Of a stretch of 64,000 nucleotides of DNA, positions 63,158-64,000 are shown piece after piece. The notes beneath the pieces were generated by a model that was given only the letters and a program-made list of their open reading frames with translations, was not told the DNA's origin and did not search any database. How positions within the stretch are numbered: the first letter of the stretch is position 1; every line of letters begins with the position of its first letter. Position numbers and translations under genes: made by a program. Source of the stretch: an uncultured Flavobacteriia bacterium (GTDB lineage: Bacteria > Bacteroidota > Bacteroidia > Flavobacteriales_D > Crocinitomicaceae); assembly GCA_937975705.1 (NCBI GenBank), contig CALJTX010000019.1:117748-181747 (forward strand). Direction: 5' to 3'.

Positions 63158-63420
63158 GGGTAGTGATAAGTTTGGGTGAGGTATTGATAAACTTCAGCTG
63201 TTGCTTGTTCTTGGCGTTTTGTTTCGTGTTGCCAGTACATACCAACATTCAGGGACAATAAAAACAAAATGCTCGTTAGCCAAATAGCGCGCTCGCGTTT
63301 TTGTTTTTTAACAATTAAAGGTGCCTTTAGGAGTTGCTCCCTTAGGTGATCAGGCACCGGTATGTCTTTCGAAAGAAAATATTCACTTTGCATAAAGAGT
63401 TGGTTGTTTTTTAAGTTCAA
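63154..63420 (-). CDS. putative anti-sigma factor (single-pass membrane protein)
   Basis: Small ORF directly downstream of the ECF sigma gene, with one TM helix 'AIWLTSILFLLSLNVGMYW'. The start may be TTG at 63420 or ATG at 63393. Confidence 0.35.
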   Translation of the reverse strand: MNLKNNQLFMQSEYFLSKDIPVPDHLREQLLKAPLIVKKQKRERAIWLTSILFLLSLNVGMYWQHETKRQEQATAEVYQYLTQTYHYP

Positions 63421-63428
63421 AACTTGCG

Positions 63429-63965
63429 TTATTTTTTTTGCCAGTCAGAAAGTGCAATTTCAAGTTTGCGTCTTGCTCTAAACAGCAGTGATTCAACAGC
63501 ACTTACACTTGTCTGTAGCGCAGCAGCGATTTCTTGATAACTCATGTCCTCAACATTGAATAGCGTATAGGCGATTTGTTGTTGAAGTGGGAGTTTTTCT
63601 ACTGCTTTCCAGAAAAAAAGTGATTTTTCTGCAGCGAGTGCGATTTCTTCAGGGTTTTGTTGTTCGGAGGCAATTGTTTGGGAAAAGAACTGATCGATTT
63701 CAACATGAATACCGAATCTTTTCTTTCTTTTTTTGCGCCGGAGGTATTCGTAACATTTATTGGTGCTGATGCGGTAAATCCAGGTATGTATGCTTGACTC
63801 CTGTTTAAAATTTGGTAGCGCTTGATATATTGCGATGAAAATATCTTGTGTGCAATCTTGCGCATCCGGCTTGTTTTTAAGTAGATACCAACACAGTTTG
63901 TAGACCTTTGTATCGTAGGTCTTGACTATTTCTTCAAAAATAGGTGCAGGAGGGTTGGTGTTCAC
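63429..63965 (-). CDS. ECF-type RNA polymerase sigma-70 factor
   Basis: Region 2 'AQDCTQDIFIAIY ... HTWIYRISTN'. Region 4 'MSYQEIAAALQTSVSAVESLLFRARRKL'. GTG start. The frame stays open to the window edge. Confidence 0.85.
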   Translation of the reverse strand: MNTNPPAPIFEEIVKTYDTKVYKLCWYLLKNKPDAQDCTQDIFIAIYQALPNFKQESSIHTWIYRISTNKCYEYLRRKKRKKRFGIHVEIDQFFSQTIASEQQNPEEIALAAEKSLFFWKAVEKLPLQQQIAYTLFNVEDMSYQEIAAALQTSVSAVESLLFRARRKLEIALSDWQKK

Positions 63966-64000
63966 ACCATAAAGATGCCAACTTCTCTGAGAACTTGCGG

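Overview
This 64-kb window looks like chromosomal DNA from a Bacteroidota genome. The pointers are four proteins ending in T9SS type-A sorting domains, the exbB-exbD-exbD-tonB-SBP-TPR operon, an IPExxxVDY-type protein upstream of pyk, and a CarboxypepD_reg-type TonB-dependent receptor. I call about 55 protein genes and one tRNA-Cys(GCA). I saw no rRNA, CRISPR array, transposase or integrase. Housekeeping genes (pyk, recJ, ribE, rnhB, glyQS, 5-formyl-THF cyclo-ligase, a PpiD-like chaperone) sit between envelope and secreted-protein genes. The stand-out is a 14.9-kb operon of 13 translationally coupled genes on the + strand (15917-30775). It encodes a full type-II FAS/PKS-like elongation set: a FabZ-like dehydratase, a Cys-less KS-like partner plus a catalytic KS, a FabG-type reductase, an ACP with an insertion, and a saccharopine-dehydrogenase-fold putative enoyl reductase. 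The same operon also carries IorAB, an orphan AmmeMemoRadiSam-type radical SAM enzyme with a C-terminal extension, a Cys/Met-family PLP enzyme, a fatty-acid-desaturase::MMPL/RND fusion and a membrane acyltransferase. It ends 3 nt from the tRNA-Cys. I could not match this gene set to the aryl-polyene/flexirubin cluster layouts I know, so it is my best candidate for an undescribed lipid or secondary-metabolite system. Other items worth a second look are listed below.
- A cytochrome-c::PHM/DBH-like copper monooxygenase::T9SS fusion.
- An ECF sigma/anti-sigma-MbnP-MbnH-YHYH(T9SS) operon.
- A 1543-aa protein with a barrel-like N-terminus, 12 Cys-bracketed Ig-like repeats and a Pro/Thr/Lys-rich tail.
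- An OmpA/thrombospondin-type-3 repeat protein with near-identical 81-nt repeats.
All family assignments come from reading motifs in the supplied translations. No database search was possible. The ORF track uses TTG/GTG starts, so I re-checked start codons in the DNA and trimmed several ORFs to the more plausible ATG.
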